Below, piece by piece: positions 39,297-57,706 of a stretch of 64,000 bases of DNA. A program made the translations under genes and the position numbers. The notes beneath the pieces are model-generated. The model saw only the letters and a list, made by a program, of their open reading frames with translations. It was not told the origin of the DNA and did no database searches. Every line of letters starts with the position of its first letter. The stretch's first letter is position 1. Source of the stretch: Octopus vulgaris (taxonomy: Eukaryota); NCBI GenBank assembly GCA_951406725.2, contig OX597818.1, positions 135,408,001 through 135,472,000 of the forward strand, read 5' to 3'.

Positions 39297-40327
39297 GTAA
39301 TTACATTTTACCTCTCTCTCATATGGTTTTGTGTATGTGTGTGTGAAAAGGCAGCAAATTGGCAGTTTTTACAGCATTATATAGAATGTCGTGACATAAT
39401 TGCTCTGGCTCTGTGCATTATCAGTTCAATTCCTGGTGAAGTGAATTTTGTCTTTCATCCTTTTGGGACTGATTTTTAAAAAAAACATCTAGAGCAGTGG
39501 GTTTTCAGAGTTGCTTAAGCACCATAAAGAATACCTTGTATCTTTCCAGCTTGTTTCATCCTGGCAGAATTATCTGCAATGATTGTGAATACCAAACTGT
39601 ATTGGCCCTTAACTTTCCTTTGGACATCATCTGTGATGTTCAGAGGAAAGACTTGGATGATGCTGGTTTTCCACATGAAAAACTTTTCCTCACATATATT
39701 AAAGAATTGATATGTAGCAAAAAGGGGGCAATTTTTATACTTCAGTTTAGTTTTCACAGTATACAAAACAGATTAACCTAACTTCATCAACATCCGTTTT
39801 TCATGCTGGCATAGGTTGAACAGCTTGACAAGAGCTAACAAACCGAAGGACTGCACTAGATTTCACTGTGTTTTGGCATGAATTTTACAGCTGGATGCCC
39901 TTGCTAATGCCAACCACTTTAACATTCTTAAATTTTTAAGTGATGAAAAAATATTTTATTAAATTACTCAACAATAGCAGTTAAGTTGTGATACTGTTGT
40001 TTTCCATGACTTTTGTGTTCTAACAACTACTAGTTATTGTGTAATACAATTAGACTATTTTCCTGCTCTCTAAAATGGTATTTAATCAATGTGTCTTAAC
40101 TAAAGTGCTCAGTGTAAATCTTCTGGTAATACTTGCCTTAAACTAACATACCTAAGAAATAATGTCTCTTAGATTTTAATATTCTGCAAACTGCTATACT
40201 CCCAAGTTTGCTCTTCTTTCACTGTCATAATAACAAACATCCTTCCCAAATGAAAGGTTTTTCTTTTAGCATATTATGTCTTTCTTTCTTTTTTTAACTG
40301 AAAGAACATCTTTCTAATAAAATCTGA

Positions 40328-40522
<195 letters not shown>

Positions 40523-40618
40523 TAAAATCCTATTAATTTGCTGTAATTACCAAATATTCTAGGGGCTCTTTAAGTTAAAATCAATAAATTCTTCAAAATT
40601 TTGAGTAAATTTGTTTCA

Positions 40619-43035
<2,417 letters not shown>

Positions 43036-43089
43036 TAAAAAATTTTACATTAGAAATAAAATCTTATAGTAATCTACACTATTTTGTAA

Positions 43090-43209
<120 letters not shown>

Positions 43210-44077
43210 TAATGTAGTTATATTAATTTTTGTTCCTTTTTTGCCAATGATTTTATACATTTTTTTGTGTGTATGTTTCCAATAAGTTAATGGAATTATA
43301 TTAGTCTAGTTGTTGGTTCTTGAACATATATTTAACAAAAAGAAGAAAAAAGGGTTTATCTGCTATATTTCGTTTATAAATATTCTGTCTAGTGAACCTT
43401 TGTATTAATTCTGTTACTGCAAGCATCTGAAGAATTTTGTTTTTGAAATAATGATTCCTTTGGAAAATAGATTTCTTTTGACTTGATGTTTTGCTAGATT
43501 TGTATGAAATTGGGTATAGTTTAAATTAGCTCTATTATGTTATTGGTACATTTGTCTCTTGATCCCAGGAGGGAAAAAAGAGGTGAGGTTGAACCATGCT
43601 GTGATTTGAGCCTAAGAGATAGAAAGTCTAAGGTATTTAGTTCACTAATGTATTGTTTCTCCAATTTTGTCCTTTCCAAAGTATTAAAATTACAAATATC
43701 TTAACAAGCCATAAACATGTTAAAATTTTTCGTTTACTAACAGAATAGGGAAATATTTGACATGGAAATGAAGCTGGTCATTGAACATTTGTTTCAATAA
43801 AGTAACAGTTTTTAGTCTTTTAAATCATTGAAAGATTTGATTTTAATTACAATAATTGGGGGTGGGGAGTTAAGAAATGTAACATGAAATAACTATATTT
43901 TATTTCATTCTTGAACAAAATGAAACAATTTAGTTGCTTCTAATGATAGGGAATTTAAATGAATTTTAATATTTGAATAATGTCAGCATTCTTGGAAATT
44001 AAATTGCTATTTTTTCTTTTTTTATAAAACTACAATTTTCTGATCCACACATATAGTAAACATTTAATGTACATTAA

Positions 44078-44254
<177 letters not shown>

Positions 44255-44525
44255 TAACAATGTACATTGACTTTAGGTGAATCAATCATAGCCAGATTAG
44301 TGAATATTCTGGACATTGTTGATTGAATCACATGAAAACAACAGTTTTTACCTTTTTCCTTTAATTAACAATCTGCAAGACCCCCAGAAGTGTTAGGTGT
44401 AGCCTAGCTTTTACAGCATTACACAACTGGTACTATCTTTTTATGAAAGTGGAATGGAGGTAATTTACATTTAACACTTAACAGTGGTGCATTTACCAAC
44501 TACAAGATATTTATTGACATGTAAA

Positions 44526-44895
44526 TCTTTATATATAAAAGTCAAGTTGTGTGTCTGTCTCCTACGATTTAGATTCCTAACTACTCCCACATTTTGCAGT
44601 GCAGTTTAACCAAAACCGGGTATCTTATAGTCGTGATTCATATCAAGCCCTTCTGGGTATTAGCATGAGTCTACGATTTTAAAAATAATTTACCATTTTT
44701 TTCCATTTTAATGCATTTTTCGCTATTATATAAGGGAAGTAACTCTCTAAAAATGTCTACGATGAGTCAACGATTTTTAAAAAAATTTACCATCATTTTT
44801 TTCCATTTTTTTGCTATTTTTTGGCTATAACCCTCTAAAAATGCTTTATAGTTATTTCCCTTACAAACCCGAGCAACGATGGGCGATACAGCTTG
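44526..44895 (+). mobile_element. Non-autonomous Helitron-like element
   Basis: A|TCTTTATATATAAAA 5' end, tgtgtgtctgtct, 3' GC-rich hairpin cccgagcaacgatggg then CTTG|T (degenerate CTAG|T); no TSD. Confidence 0.65.
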
Positions 44896-45219
44896 TGAAG
44901 AATAAATTATCTTTGCCAGGAACGGCCTTGAAGACAAAATATACACTTCTCACATGTTAATCAATTAACAGCCTTATAGTATAGTAATTGCCTTTCTCCA
45001 GACAATTCTTATGTTTTGAAACAAACCTGTTTTAAAGCAATCTAAATTGATACATTCTATCAAAATTGCGTGTTAAATTGCTCTGAACACCACTTTAATA
45101 ATGAGTTATTTTACTAAATTCTTCATGATTCTTTTTTCAAAAGTAACTGAAACAGCAGTTTATTTTAACAGTTATGTGGAAGAAAGAGGGTTAAACTTAA
45201 TGCATGCTGGTTAGTTTGA

Positions 45220-45405
<186 letters not shown>

Positions 45406-45500
45406 TAAAGAAAAGTGCCACAATTTGTGCTGCTCTTAAACTAATATTGTTGGTTTCTTCATTTCCTTGTCATACTTGACGTTCTAATTTGTTATTTTAA

Positions 45501-45721
45501 CCCTTTAGTGTTTGCATTATTCTGCCAAAATTAATCCTTTTTTATCCAAATTGTTTTGAACTAATCATGCATTGTTTTGTAGCTATGAGATTTTGATGAG
45601 GTAGCTGTTAATTTTTAAAACGATATTGTAGGGTTGGTGTAAGAGACCAGATCTGGCCAGTTTGAACATAAAACAGGCAGAATACTTTTGGCCGGATATG
45701 GCCAGTTTATACACTAAAGGG
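45501..45721 (+). mobile_element. TTAA-specific MITE subfamily 1
   Basis: TTAA|CCCTTTAGTGT ... ACACTAAAGGG|TTAA. Confidence 0.85.
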
Positions 45722-46194
45722 TTAATGTGATCTTTATTAGAACTCTATTTACATTGTGGAAAAAATTTTCAAACAAATCAGACATTTACTAATATTTTTC
45801 TCTCATCTTTTGTGATACAACATGATTCTTAAATGATGTATAAGTCAATTTTTCTGATAAGTTTAACGCGAGACACAATGGTCTTGAACAAGAATCTTAA
45901 CCGTTTTTATTAAATTCAGTATAATTCTACAATTTCTGAGTTGTATTTGTCTAGAAAATGACTTGATCCAAGATGATATTTTGAAACTGAAGCAGTTGTA
46001 GTGGGGTTGTTAAAATTTACTTTTCAGTTTCTGTTGCACAATTGCGACCTGGTTCACTGATACAGTTCTGCAATAGTTTGAAATTTTGTTATGACCTCCT
46101 CTGATAGATCTCAAAATTGACTTTGTGGTTTGAATGGTTGAAATGACTCTTCCATGATGTAATTTCTAACTTTTTCTTTCGCATTTTCTTTTAA

Positions 46195-46416
<222 letters not shown>

Positions 46417-46457
46417 TAACCTGGTGTTTGTAGGGTGGGATAGGATGTAGCTTAGAC

Positions 46458-46704
46458 TAGTAGTTCTCAACCAGTTTTCGCCAATAAACTCCTTTTGATT
46501 ATTATTTTACTCAAGTGTATCTTCATAGCCATTTGATGTTTTAAAAAAATCTTGTATTTTTATAATTAAATATCATAAGGAATTGTATTAAAAAAAAAAG
46601 ATATTTTATATATTGAAGTAGAATCAATTTATTACATATGAATCTTAACAATTTTGGTGCATATGAACCCCGAGGGTCATATGGGCCCCAGTTGAGAACC
46701 ACTA
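46458..46704. mobile_element. hAT (Charlie-like) MITE
   Basis: TIRs tagtagttctcaac / gttgagaaccacta; 8-bp TSD gcttagac / gtttagac. Confidence 0.8.
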
Positions 46705-48204
46705 GTTTAGACAGGAAGAAGTGCAGTATCCAGGTTCTGTGAAACAATGACTGGAGTAGAAACCACAATTAGTTGGTTGCTGCAGTAGGATGCTGTATAC
46801 TAAAATATCTAGTTATCCTGGAACTGTGGATGCAACAGGAGTGTGTTAAGGATAGCTGAGAACTGGATTTTTGTGAGAAAATTGTTGTTTTGACTCAGTA
46901 AGTTCTACTTACATCAATACAATTTGTAATGGTCATTTCATGCAATATCTCTTTCTCCCTTTTTTTATATTTTCTCTTTCTCACTCTATTCAAAGTAAAA
47001 GGTAATGACCATATCCTTCACAGGCTTTCTGAGAGATGTGAGATTGATGTCATTATTCATTTCACTTAAAATTGTTAGTAAATCACTGCAGAAAAAAATT
47101 GTGCAAAGAGGGAATTCGCTAAGACTGATGTTCTGGCAGGATTGGGTTTAAGTGGTTAATACAAAGGCCTGGGAGGTTGGACACAGCATAGGTGACGGAG
47201 GGAAAAAAAGAGAGAGTCAGGTGTGCTTGAGGATGGTATGAAACCAAAAAGGTAGGCTATTATAGTGGAAGAAGCAAAGAGAACTAGAAGTTGGGGAATG
47301 TCTGTGACTAGAGTAACTGTTAAAAAGAAAATATAGGCAATGAATGTCAATCATTCAGTTGATTGAACCAATAATTGAATGAAATAATGTAGATAGTGGT
47401 TGATCACAGACATATGTAACATAAACAAAATCCTCAGAGACAATCAGTGACAACAATGTGAAAAGGCCAGAACTTTGGATTGCACGAACAATTCATCTGA
47501 TAGGACTAGAGGTTGGGAAATGTCTGTGAGTGACTTTATGCCAATCAGTCAGGTGTTACTTTTAGGAATGCATTCTAAGATGTCTTTGTATATGTATAGG
47601 AGCAGTATCACCATCTCATTTTGAGCTTTGTGGATAGTTAGTAGCTGTAAGTGAACCAAAATGAGTTGTTAATAAGACTGTATAGATAAAGTAGCTGTTA
47701 ATGAGACTGGAAAAGCCAGTCTTTAAAATGTGATCTTGACTGATACGGATGCAAGTTCACCAGAAGTGATCCTCTGATAGTAAGATCTATCATTTCAAGT
47801 GGCCTTATGAAGTCTAGTTGTACTCTGTTCGTGTTTACATTATTATGGCTACATATTCTACACCTGTATGGAGTAACATGTATGTTCTCAGATTTAGCTT
47901 TCCTTATCCACTTGGACTTTCATACTTCAATCTTTTATGAGAAAAGTACAAAGGCACAAATTGTCGAAAAGTCATGTATCATCGAACATAACGATTTTCC
48001 TGGCCAGTTGTAAAATTTGTTTAAGTGAAACACATAAATATAGCACCGATATCAGGATCAAACATTCTACTGGCCATGTCTATCATTTTCATGAAAATGG
48101 TTAATATTAAAAGAGAACAAATAAAGGTTATGGTAGCTAGCTAAATTTATTCTGTGTGAATATTATAATGAAAAAATCATATTCCTTTTCTTTTTTTTTT
48201 TTAG

Positions 48205-48315
<111 letters not shown>

Positions 48316-48342
48316 TGAGTTATTTTCAGATTTATCATTAAA

Positions 48343-48732
48343 GTTTAGTTAGTTAGTTAGTTAATTTGGCTCAAAAGCAAATAGCAAGGCCATGTAGGGG
48401 GACATGGAGTTAAGTACAGGGTGGTGTTCATGTAAAGAGTTCAGGCCACTTGAGGTCAAGGGAGGCTTTGAACAAAGCGGTCGTCAGCATCTTCACCATC
48501 TCGTCTGGCAGCTTGTTCCACGGATCCGCAACCCGGACGGAGAAAGCTCCTCTCCTTCGATTGAGATGAAATCGTCGCAGGTAGAGCTTTTCGGAATGAC
48601 CCCGCAGCCGACGCTCTGGAGCAGGAGTGAAGAACAGCTCTTTCGAGAGGTTACACTTTCCGCTAATGATGTTGTGGGCGAGAATGAGATCACCACGGTG
48701 GCGGCGTTTTTCAAGAGTTTCTTCAAATATTG
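48343..48732 (-). mobile_element. CR1-type LINE 3' end with (TAAC)n tail
   Basis: - strand frame reads RRGAFSVRVADPWNKLPDEMVKMLTTALFKASLD (CR1 ORF2 C-terminal WN.LP motif); gttagttagttag tail. Confidence 0.8.
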
Positions 48733-49636
48733 AACACTGGATTTGATGTGGAGGAATATGGAGATTGGCTCCAAGTGTAAAACAAGAAAAAGCAAAACTG
48801 TCTTAATTGTATTTCTCAGTCAATCCAAGGCTTGGATCAGCTATGAAATTCAGTTTGTAGAAATTGCAAAAACCTATCAGCTGAATTGTTTGTGTAATCC
48901 AAAGTTCTGACCTTTTTCACATTGTTGTCACATTGTGTCACTGATTGTCTCTGAGGATTTCGTTAATGTTACATGTCTGTGATCAACCAATATCTACATT
49001 ATTTCATTCAGTTGATTGAATGACTAACATTCATTACCTATATTTTCTTTTTAACAGTTACTCATATCTAATTGTATAAAGTACTTTTACTTTCTTTGCA
49101 ACAAAGGCATTTTTTCTTTGATATAAAAGTTGACCGTCGAATATGCCAAGATTTTACAAACTGTTATCGAAGTCATAAATAATGGACTACCAGCACATAA
49201 GATAAAAAATAGTAGTGTGGTCTTTATTTTTCTCAATGAAAAATATCATTATCAACATCCTCATTTAACATCCACTTGTCAATGCTTGCATGGGTTACAC
49301 AGAATTTATTGAGGCAGAATTTCTACAGCTGGATATCCTTCCTGTCAACCCTCACCTGTTTCCAGGCAATGAAATATTTCTCAATTTCAAGTCATGTTCT
49401 TCAAGTAAAACTAGAAACATTTTAAATCATTATAGGCTGTTAAGTCAAGAGTACAAACACATATACATGCACATTCACACAAACACACACATGACAAGCT
49501 TCTGTTAGTTTGTTTACCAAATCCCTTTTAATGGCTTTCACCAGCCTGGTGGCTATTGTAGAAGACACATGGTAATGCACAGTGGAACTGAGTCCTTCTC
49601 TTAAAAATGCTTGATCACTACATAGTAGTAGTAAAA

Positions 49637-49798
49637 CTACTCGCAATACCAGAGGGCGCACACTCTCCTACCCTGATGTACTCTCCAGGATACAGGCATC
49701 CAGCAACAGGACCTCCGTAATGCTATGATGGACCGTGAAGTCTGGCGTAACATAGTAAATTCCAATGTCTCGACCACGGTCGAACAATGATGATGATG
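49637..49798 (+). mobile_element. Second RTE-like LINE 3' fragment with (TGA)n tail and TSD
   Basis: Encodes ...DLRNAMMDREVWRNIV; agtagtaaaa on both flanks. Confidence 0.7.
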
Positions 49799-49890
49799 AG
49801 TAGTAAAATTTGAACTAAAGCTGAAATTTAATTCTCCATTTTCTAAGCATAGTTTCTACAAATACAAATCTATGTCTAACACTGTAATGA

Positions 49891-50169
<279 letters not shown>

Positions 50170-50265
50170 TGAATGGAAACATTTACACATTATGTAAACA
50201 TCCTCTATTATAGTTATTTTCTGAAATGATTTATAGGAATATAGTTAAGTTCAATGCAATGTTGA

Positions 50266-50520
<255 letters not shown>

Positions 50521-51022
50521 TAAATAATTGATAAATTTATCTAAAAATGCAATGCTCCCTTGCTACTGATATTTTGAAATATATAACTGCCATTTTAAAA
50601 TGGCCATATTGGAAAAATTAATAAATTTTGCTCAATGTGCAAAGAATTTTTAATGGCTTAACATAACTTTAATATGAACTTCACATAAATGTTAACAGTA
50701 ATTAACTTACTTCTGCTAACTGAAACAGGGTTTTAGAAGGTTGCCTCAGCATATTTGTATGATGGGAACATTTCTGCTTTCCACAAGAGCATTAGTGTCA
50801 TTGAGTCTTGGGATCCTGTTTTCTGCTCTGCTGCTCATCTATTTACATTTAGCGTAAATTGTGTTAATTTGCAAGGTAGAATTCTTTAAACTGATCCTTA
50901 TCGTAATTATGACATGCTGTTATTAGCTCTCTCGAATGCAACTGCATATGAATAACTGTTGTTAACAATGTAATGTTCTTCTGAAGAATTTTACAACAGT
51001 ATATATGTATATTCTTTTACAG

Positions 51023-51092
51023 AAGATGTATTACAACCAGTGAGTGAGATAGACATTCCAGAAGGTTTAAAGAACAGATTAGCAGAAGAAAG
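51023..51092 (+). CDS. USP7: USP7 exon 17
   Basis: EDVLQPVSEIDIPEGLKNRLAEER. Confidence 0.95.
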
Positions 51093-51592
51093 GTTTGTAT
51101 TTACATTTGTTTTTACTTGTATGTCAGTTTTTTTCAGGTTCTTTTACAATGTGAAACCACCAGTTCACTTTGAATTTTATCAAACCATTTATTTTTAAGA
51201 TAACCTGATCTTTTCACAGTAACTTTTATTTTTAGCTCTTGAAATATACATTGTCTTTTGACAATTATATCTAGCTTGATATTTTTCCACTGGTTTTAGT
51301 TATATGATCTGCAGCCATTCTGGGGCACTACCTTCATGGGTCTCAATCAATTATATTGATTCTAATAGTTAAGTTTGGAGCTTGTTCTATTGAACTGCTC
51401 AGTCATGCTTTGACATAAAAATGTGCAACTCAGCAGTTTTACACCAGTAAAAACACATAGATGATGAGTTTCTGTGCATTTGTGATCTTTCATATTTCAT
51501 TTGCAAGGTATTGGTCATCCTGAGGCTACAGTAGAAGATATTGGTCAAGGTACCAGATTGTGAGATTGAACCTGGAATCACACAATTGTTAA

Positions 51593-51961
51593 AATAATAA
51601 TAATAATAAAACATTGTGTACAGTGCTCAGGTGCACTACAACTCATCTAAAGTGTATATATAATCAGGTGTAGTTTCAGCGGATTTCGGAAAGCATGAGG
51701 GCCTTAAAGGATGCAGTGTCAAGGCAGTCAACAACTGACGCAGGCAGTTTGTTCCATGCTTCAGCAACTCTGAGCGTGAAAAAATGTTTCCGAAAGTCAT
51801 GGGAGCTGTGTTGTTTTCTGACTTTGTAGGCATGTCCATGTGTGTTAGACACATGGAGATCAAAAAGGTGTTCAGTGTTGTTGTTGGTGAGGTGGTTGAT
51901 AACTTTGTGGGTGTTTACCAAGTCCGTCGCCAGACGCCGGAGCTTCAGTGAATCCATGCCC
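51593..51961 (-). mobile_element. CR1-type LINE 3' end with (TTA)n tail
   Basis: ORF 51676-51957 LKLRRLATDL...THGHAYK...FFTLRVAEAWNKLP...FK. Confidence 0.88.
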
Positions 51962-53671
51962 CTTATTTAACATTTTAATTGTACATGAATTGTTGCATAT
52001 TACTGAAACTGTTTTTATCATTACTTTCAAGGGGGCAAACTGGCAGAATTATTAGCATGCCAGATAAAACACTTAGAGGCATTTTGTCTATCTTTACAAA
52101 ATGCCACAAAGTTCTCTAGGGTTGATAACATGCTAATTGAGCACGGGATTCAATGTATTTGACTACTTTTTAAAGAACAGCATTAATTAGTTTGATGATG
52201 ATTCTCCAACTATGTTGGAAGTAATAATCTTTTAATGGCAACTCAAGCAGCTTTTGGTATCATGTGAAGATTAAAAAAGCATTGTCACATTGCAAGTTAC
52301 ATAATGTGACTAACTACTAAATTTCATATGTCACTTAAGAAAGACTTCAGAGGAATTTGTGGGCAACCTACTACCAGCTAATTATATTATTTCTGTTTTC
52401 TCTATGTTAATGTAAGCCATTAAATTAGAGGAAATGTTTATTTCATAATTTACTTTAGACAAAATTTTCAGATGCTGTTTTAACTATTTTTCAAGAGATG
52501 AAAATCATTTGAAATATATATTTTCTAGGTGCATTTGTTTTCTTACTTATCATACTAATAAACTGATATAAAATTTTAAATTTTATGGAATCTTTGTAAA
52601 ATAATAAAACTTTGTAAACTAATAAAACACCGTCCAACCCATGCTAGCATGGAGAACGGACGTTAAATGATGATGATGATATTATAATTACAGGTAAAAT
52701 CTGAAATGTATTACATGGTTTAATGTCTGTCATATGTTGCAAAGTACTATGTCTCCACTGTTAATGTATGGAGAACTTGAATTAGAATAAACAAAAGTAA
52801 AGTCATTGGGTTTGACTGAATGGGTCTAGTTTCCTCTGAACATTTTGGAAGATATATTTTAAGTGTTCACTCCATTCGCCTTTGTTGAAATGATCACTAC
52901 ATGCTATACTGCATTCAAAATCAAGTCCCATGTCTCTATTTCTAAATCTGCCCTAGTCATTGTTTTATATTTGCTTCTCCAAACTAGTATATATTGAACA
53001 GATTTCTCAAAGGTATTGTTTTATAGTTAAGTGCCCTTCTTGTTGCTACCCCTTTTCCTTCCTATTATGCCACACAGCAATGCAGTGTACTTATTTTAAA
53101 ACTAGGATACATGGTTTAACCTAATATGATTCTTTTAAGAAAATTGTAGATAGTTATAGAATATAAACAGAATTTCGAAAAAAATTGTCCAAAAATTTCA
53201 AAAAGCACAAAATTTACATCCATAATTGTTGAACAATTATAGATGTAAATGGTGAGTAATCTTGGATGCTTTAAATATTGCACACTGGTGGTTGGGTTGG
53301 TAACAAACTAGTTATACATTGTGATTTTCAGAATCATCCACTCAATACCAATATGAAAAATCACTGTGACAGGGTAGGGACATATTCATATTAAGTCACC
53401 ATCATACTCATGTATTATATTTTTGGATTATTTTTAATCTAAAATTATCATCACTGTATATATTACTGCTGTATTTGCTATTGGATTGACAGTGATAATT
53501 ATATTAAAATAATATTTGCATGTTATAATGGTCTCTTATTTGTAGTGAATAAGATAACCATTTAGTACATATGTTTATCAATGTTAATTGGTTCAAATAC
53601 ATATTTGAAACCAATAATTATATCTTCATATCTCTGTGCACCAATGTCTGACAGTTAATGGAATGCTTTTA

Positions 53672-53892
53672 CCCTTTAGTGTTCAGATTACTCTGTTAAA
53701 TGTAATACTTTTTCACTCAAATTGTTTTGAATTAATCATGCATTATCTTACAGCTTTGAGGTTTCAATGATGTGATTGTTTATTTTTAGAATGTCAATGT
53801 AGGTTAGGTGTGAGAGGCTAGATATGGCCAGTTTGAATATAAAACATGTAGAATATATTGGGCCGGATTTGGCCGGTTTAAACACTAATGGG
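53672..53892 (+). mobile_element. TTAA-specific MITE subfamily 1
   Basis: TTTA|CCCTTTAGTGTT ... AACACTAATGGG|TTAA. Confidence 0.82.
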
Positions 53893-53967
53893 TTAATTAC
53901 TGCAATTTACACATGTATATTTTCAACAAAAACTACAGCTGAATTAGTTGTTTTAAATGCATTCTAA

Positions 53968-54147
<180 letters not shown>

Positions 54148-56599
54148 TAAGAGACCTATTACTTTAAAATATAGATTTGCTTCGTGCTAGCATGGAAGGC
54201 GGACGTTAAACAATGATAATATATATAAAGTAATGTTTGTAGCCGCTTCACTTTTAGAACTAGCTTTTTTGCTTACACACACACACACACTATAATGGAG
54301 AAAGCTGCTTATTAATTAGGTATGTAAGAATTACTAAAAGTACTAAAAGAAAGCAATTATTAAAGGGTTGACTGTCTGGAAATATTTTTATAAATTCATG
54401 TTCTAAGAAATTTTCCATAATTTCAATTTCTCAAGTTTATTGAATTTTTTAAACTCCAATTTCTCACAAATTTATATATTCATTGCATTCACTGCGGAGT
54501 ATTCCATTTTCATTTGCAAAGTCTCTCACTTGTAAGTTTTAATTTGCTATTTGCAAAACTGACAGATTATTCTATTAATCTAAAAACATTTATTAAATGA
54601 AAATTTTTGAATGTGGGATAGCTGTGAGAAAAACCTAGAAAGTCAGGTAATTATTATTAGAAGACAAGGAGAAAAAAAGTTACCAACAAGTACTCGAAAC
54701 TTGCACTAATATGACTTAAAAACAGAGGTCCCTTAATGATACTACTTAAATACAGGTGTTATATACAAAATATTTTAAATGTACACTGTGTGGACATGTA
54801 ATGACACCCTAAAACTAACCCTCCTTTTCATATCGTTATGTAGGTGCATAGGGACCTCTGAAATTAAATAGTGCTATGAAACTAATGGTTTTTGTGTGTT
54901 CTTGAATGGCTTACAAACAGCTTCCACACTGCATTGTTTTTGCTTCAGCACACGATCTCAGTTCAAGTCACTTGCTATGCAAGTACATCTCCATAATTTT
55001 TTTTAAATCACTGAATAAATGCCAGCAATGACTTTCTCAAGCTTTCCAATATTTTAATTTCTAAACAGAAACAATTGGGGGCAGGGAATGGGGTTGCAAA
55101 AAAATTCATAACTTCTCAATTTTTTTTATTCCTAGCATATAAATGTATTTATGGAGGAAAAATATTGAAAAACATCAAGACATGCAAGAGTGATGAAGAA
55201 ACGAGGAGGGTTGTTTTGGGATGTGCTGGAAAAAACAGCCAAATCGCTTTTTTTTTTTTTATCACTGAAAATGCTATTCTCAAGATTTTGAATTGCGAAA
55301 AAAAAAAAAAATTGGCCAAAATAGGTCTGGAGTGGGGTGTAAAAAAAAATGTTTTCAAAATTTCTTTCTATTTTTGTACAAAGATGCCCCCAACTCCATC
55401 GTTTCAAAGGCTTTGGTTTTAAAAAAATTAGGTGAAAATCGCCAAAAAAATTTTCCCCACAAATTTCTTTATAATCGTAATCTATGCCGTTTGAAAGGGA
55501 TTTGTATAAATTTTCGTTAAAAGATACCCATCTTCCTGAAAGTTATGAGGGAAAAAGTCAGATCATGTGAATTTGAAGTCACAACATCTAAGTGATATTT
55601 GTAGAAATAAGTATCTATTTTTCTAGATGTTATAAGGCAACAAAGTCAGAGGATATATATCTGTAGTTAATGCCCTTCAATTTATACGATTTTTTTCATT
55701 TTATGTTTTATTTCATTCATTGTTTACAATATTCTCTCTCTCACTCACACACACTGCAAAACTTACAGATGGGCTGCTGAATTGAAATCTCTATGTTGCT
55801 TTCAGGGGAAGGTAAAACTTGATAAACTACTTCTCCCTCTGGTGTTGGACTACCAATAACGAAAGGAATATTTACTAAGCAAGTGAGCACTATAATATAA
55901 AGAAATAATTAGATGTAAAATATAAAAATTCTTAGAATTAGGAATCAAGTGTGAAAACACTATCAAGGAGCTAGCAGAAAACCGCCCTCTGAGCAGTCTT
56001 TCTGCTAGTATATATAACGTGCTGTGTTAATTCAGTACATGAGTCAATTTAATTGGCTAACTGTGATTTTATTGCCCGATAAAAATCTTTCTTAGTTTAT
56101 TCTTCTTTCAGGAGTTGTCTGAAATCGCCACTCGCTTTCAAACGTTATCTCCCTTTAAACTACTTGATATAATGTACTTTTTAAACCACTCGATTTTAGA
56201 ACCAAAATAAACAGGCCTCTTAATGATCTCAAGTCTACTAGAAATAGCAACCTAATTTCCCTCTATCTGCATCATTGAATAACAAGAATGCTTTTTACTA
56301 AGTTGAAGTTGGTTATAAAAGGAAAATTATTTGGAATTGGCTAAAAAGAACTTTTAACAAACTTCATTCACTCCTACTTTATTGAAACGACTATCAAGGA
56401 ATAACTATAGTCTTTAATCAAAAATTACAAAATGTACATTTTATAATCATCTAAAATATAAAATATTTTCGGCTTTGAACTCAAAATAAAAAGAAATCAA
56501 GGTTTTGTAATATATGTTTCTGAATGGAATAATATTCTACGATTAAGGCTTTTGTTTTTTTTTTTAAATCTAAACTCTCTTTTATGCTTCCTTTATTAG

Positions 56600-56663
56600 A
56601 GTCTTTAAAGTTAAAAAAACAGCTACACTAATGGAATTCATGGAAATGTTATCAGAAAATTTA
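56600..56663 (+). CDS. USP7: USP7 exon 19
   Basis: VFKVKKTATLMEFMEMLSENL. Confidence 0.94.
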
Positions 56664-56968
56664 GTAAGTATCAAGCATTTACAGTAAAAATATTTGGATT
56701 CATAAACTGCAGTGGTTTTCCACTGCCCTTCCTCCTACCATCTAAACTTGATATGACTGCTTTGCATTTAGAATTTAAATTGACGTAATTTTAAATATTA
56801 AGATTTCTCAGTTAATTTCTGAGATAAGTTTTTAAAACTTTTCAAGTAATATTTAGAAGGTTAACTACAAAACTTTAAAATCTTACTTCAATGTTTCAAA
56901 TTAGAAATTATATTATTGCTTTTTGTAATTTGCCATGTTTTATTATTAATTGTACTGTTCTGTTGTAG

Positions 56969-57070
56969 AAATATCCCATTGAAAAAATTCGACCATGGCC
57001 ATTCCAATGTAGAGAAAATCAAACATTCAGACCTACAATACTAGATTTGGAAGGAGATATCAATAAAACA
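56969..57070 (+). CDS. USP7: USP7 exon 20
   Basis: KYPIEKIRPWPFQCRENQTFRPTILDLEGDINKT. Confidence 0.95.
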
Positions 57071-57243
57071 GTTAGTATATTTGTTGGACATTTAAGTCAC
57101 TCAGTTTCAACCATGTAACTAAGGCTAGCCAATCCTTGTTTTAATTTGTCGTAAAAATGCTGATTTTTCAGTGATATTTATTTCATTAAATATTTAAAAC
57201 AGTATATTCACATAACTCTGTAATTCTGTTCTATTTACTATAG

Positions 57244-57343
57244 GTACAAGAATTAGCTGAAAGCGAAAATCCCTGGACAGTATTTGTTGAGACACTCACT
57301 CCAGAAAGCACGAGCTCAAGTTTACCTCCATTTGATAAAAAAT
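57244..57343 (+). CDS. USP7: USP7 exon 21
   Basis: VQELAESENPWTVFVETLTPESTSSSLPPFDKK. Confidence 0.95.
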
Positions 57344-57516
57344 GTGAGGAATACCATTAAACATAGTATTCTTAGTTGTATAATTGTTGACAATTTCAGA
57401 TGCAATTAGCTGATAATGACAATTAAACTTGATTGTATTTTTATAGTTTGTTCATTTCTGAATGTTTTTCTTAGTTCATATCATTAATGCTTTTAACATT
57501 CAATTTTTGATTCCAG

Positions 57517-57609
57517 CTGATGTTCTTATCTTTCTGAAACTTTATGATCCTCGATCCAAAAGCATATCTTATTGTGGACATTTATATGTACCAATTTCAA
57601 CTAGAGTCG
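57517..57609 (+). CDS. USP7: USP7 exon 22 (UBL2)
   Basis: DVLIFLKLYDPRSKSISYCGHLYVPISTRV. Confidence 0.96.
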
Positions 57610-57706
57610 GTAAGTTAGCCTCTTTAAACTCTTTGTTACGTTTGTCACATATTTTGTAACACACTCGTACTCACACAAATATATTGTCTTTTTTCATTTT
57701 CTTTAG

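Noticed and set aside
48404-48795. Overlapping ORFs of 100-109 aa
   Set aside because: Alternative frames of a CR1 LINE 3' fragment
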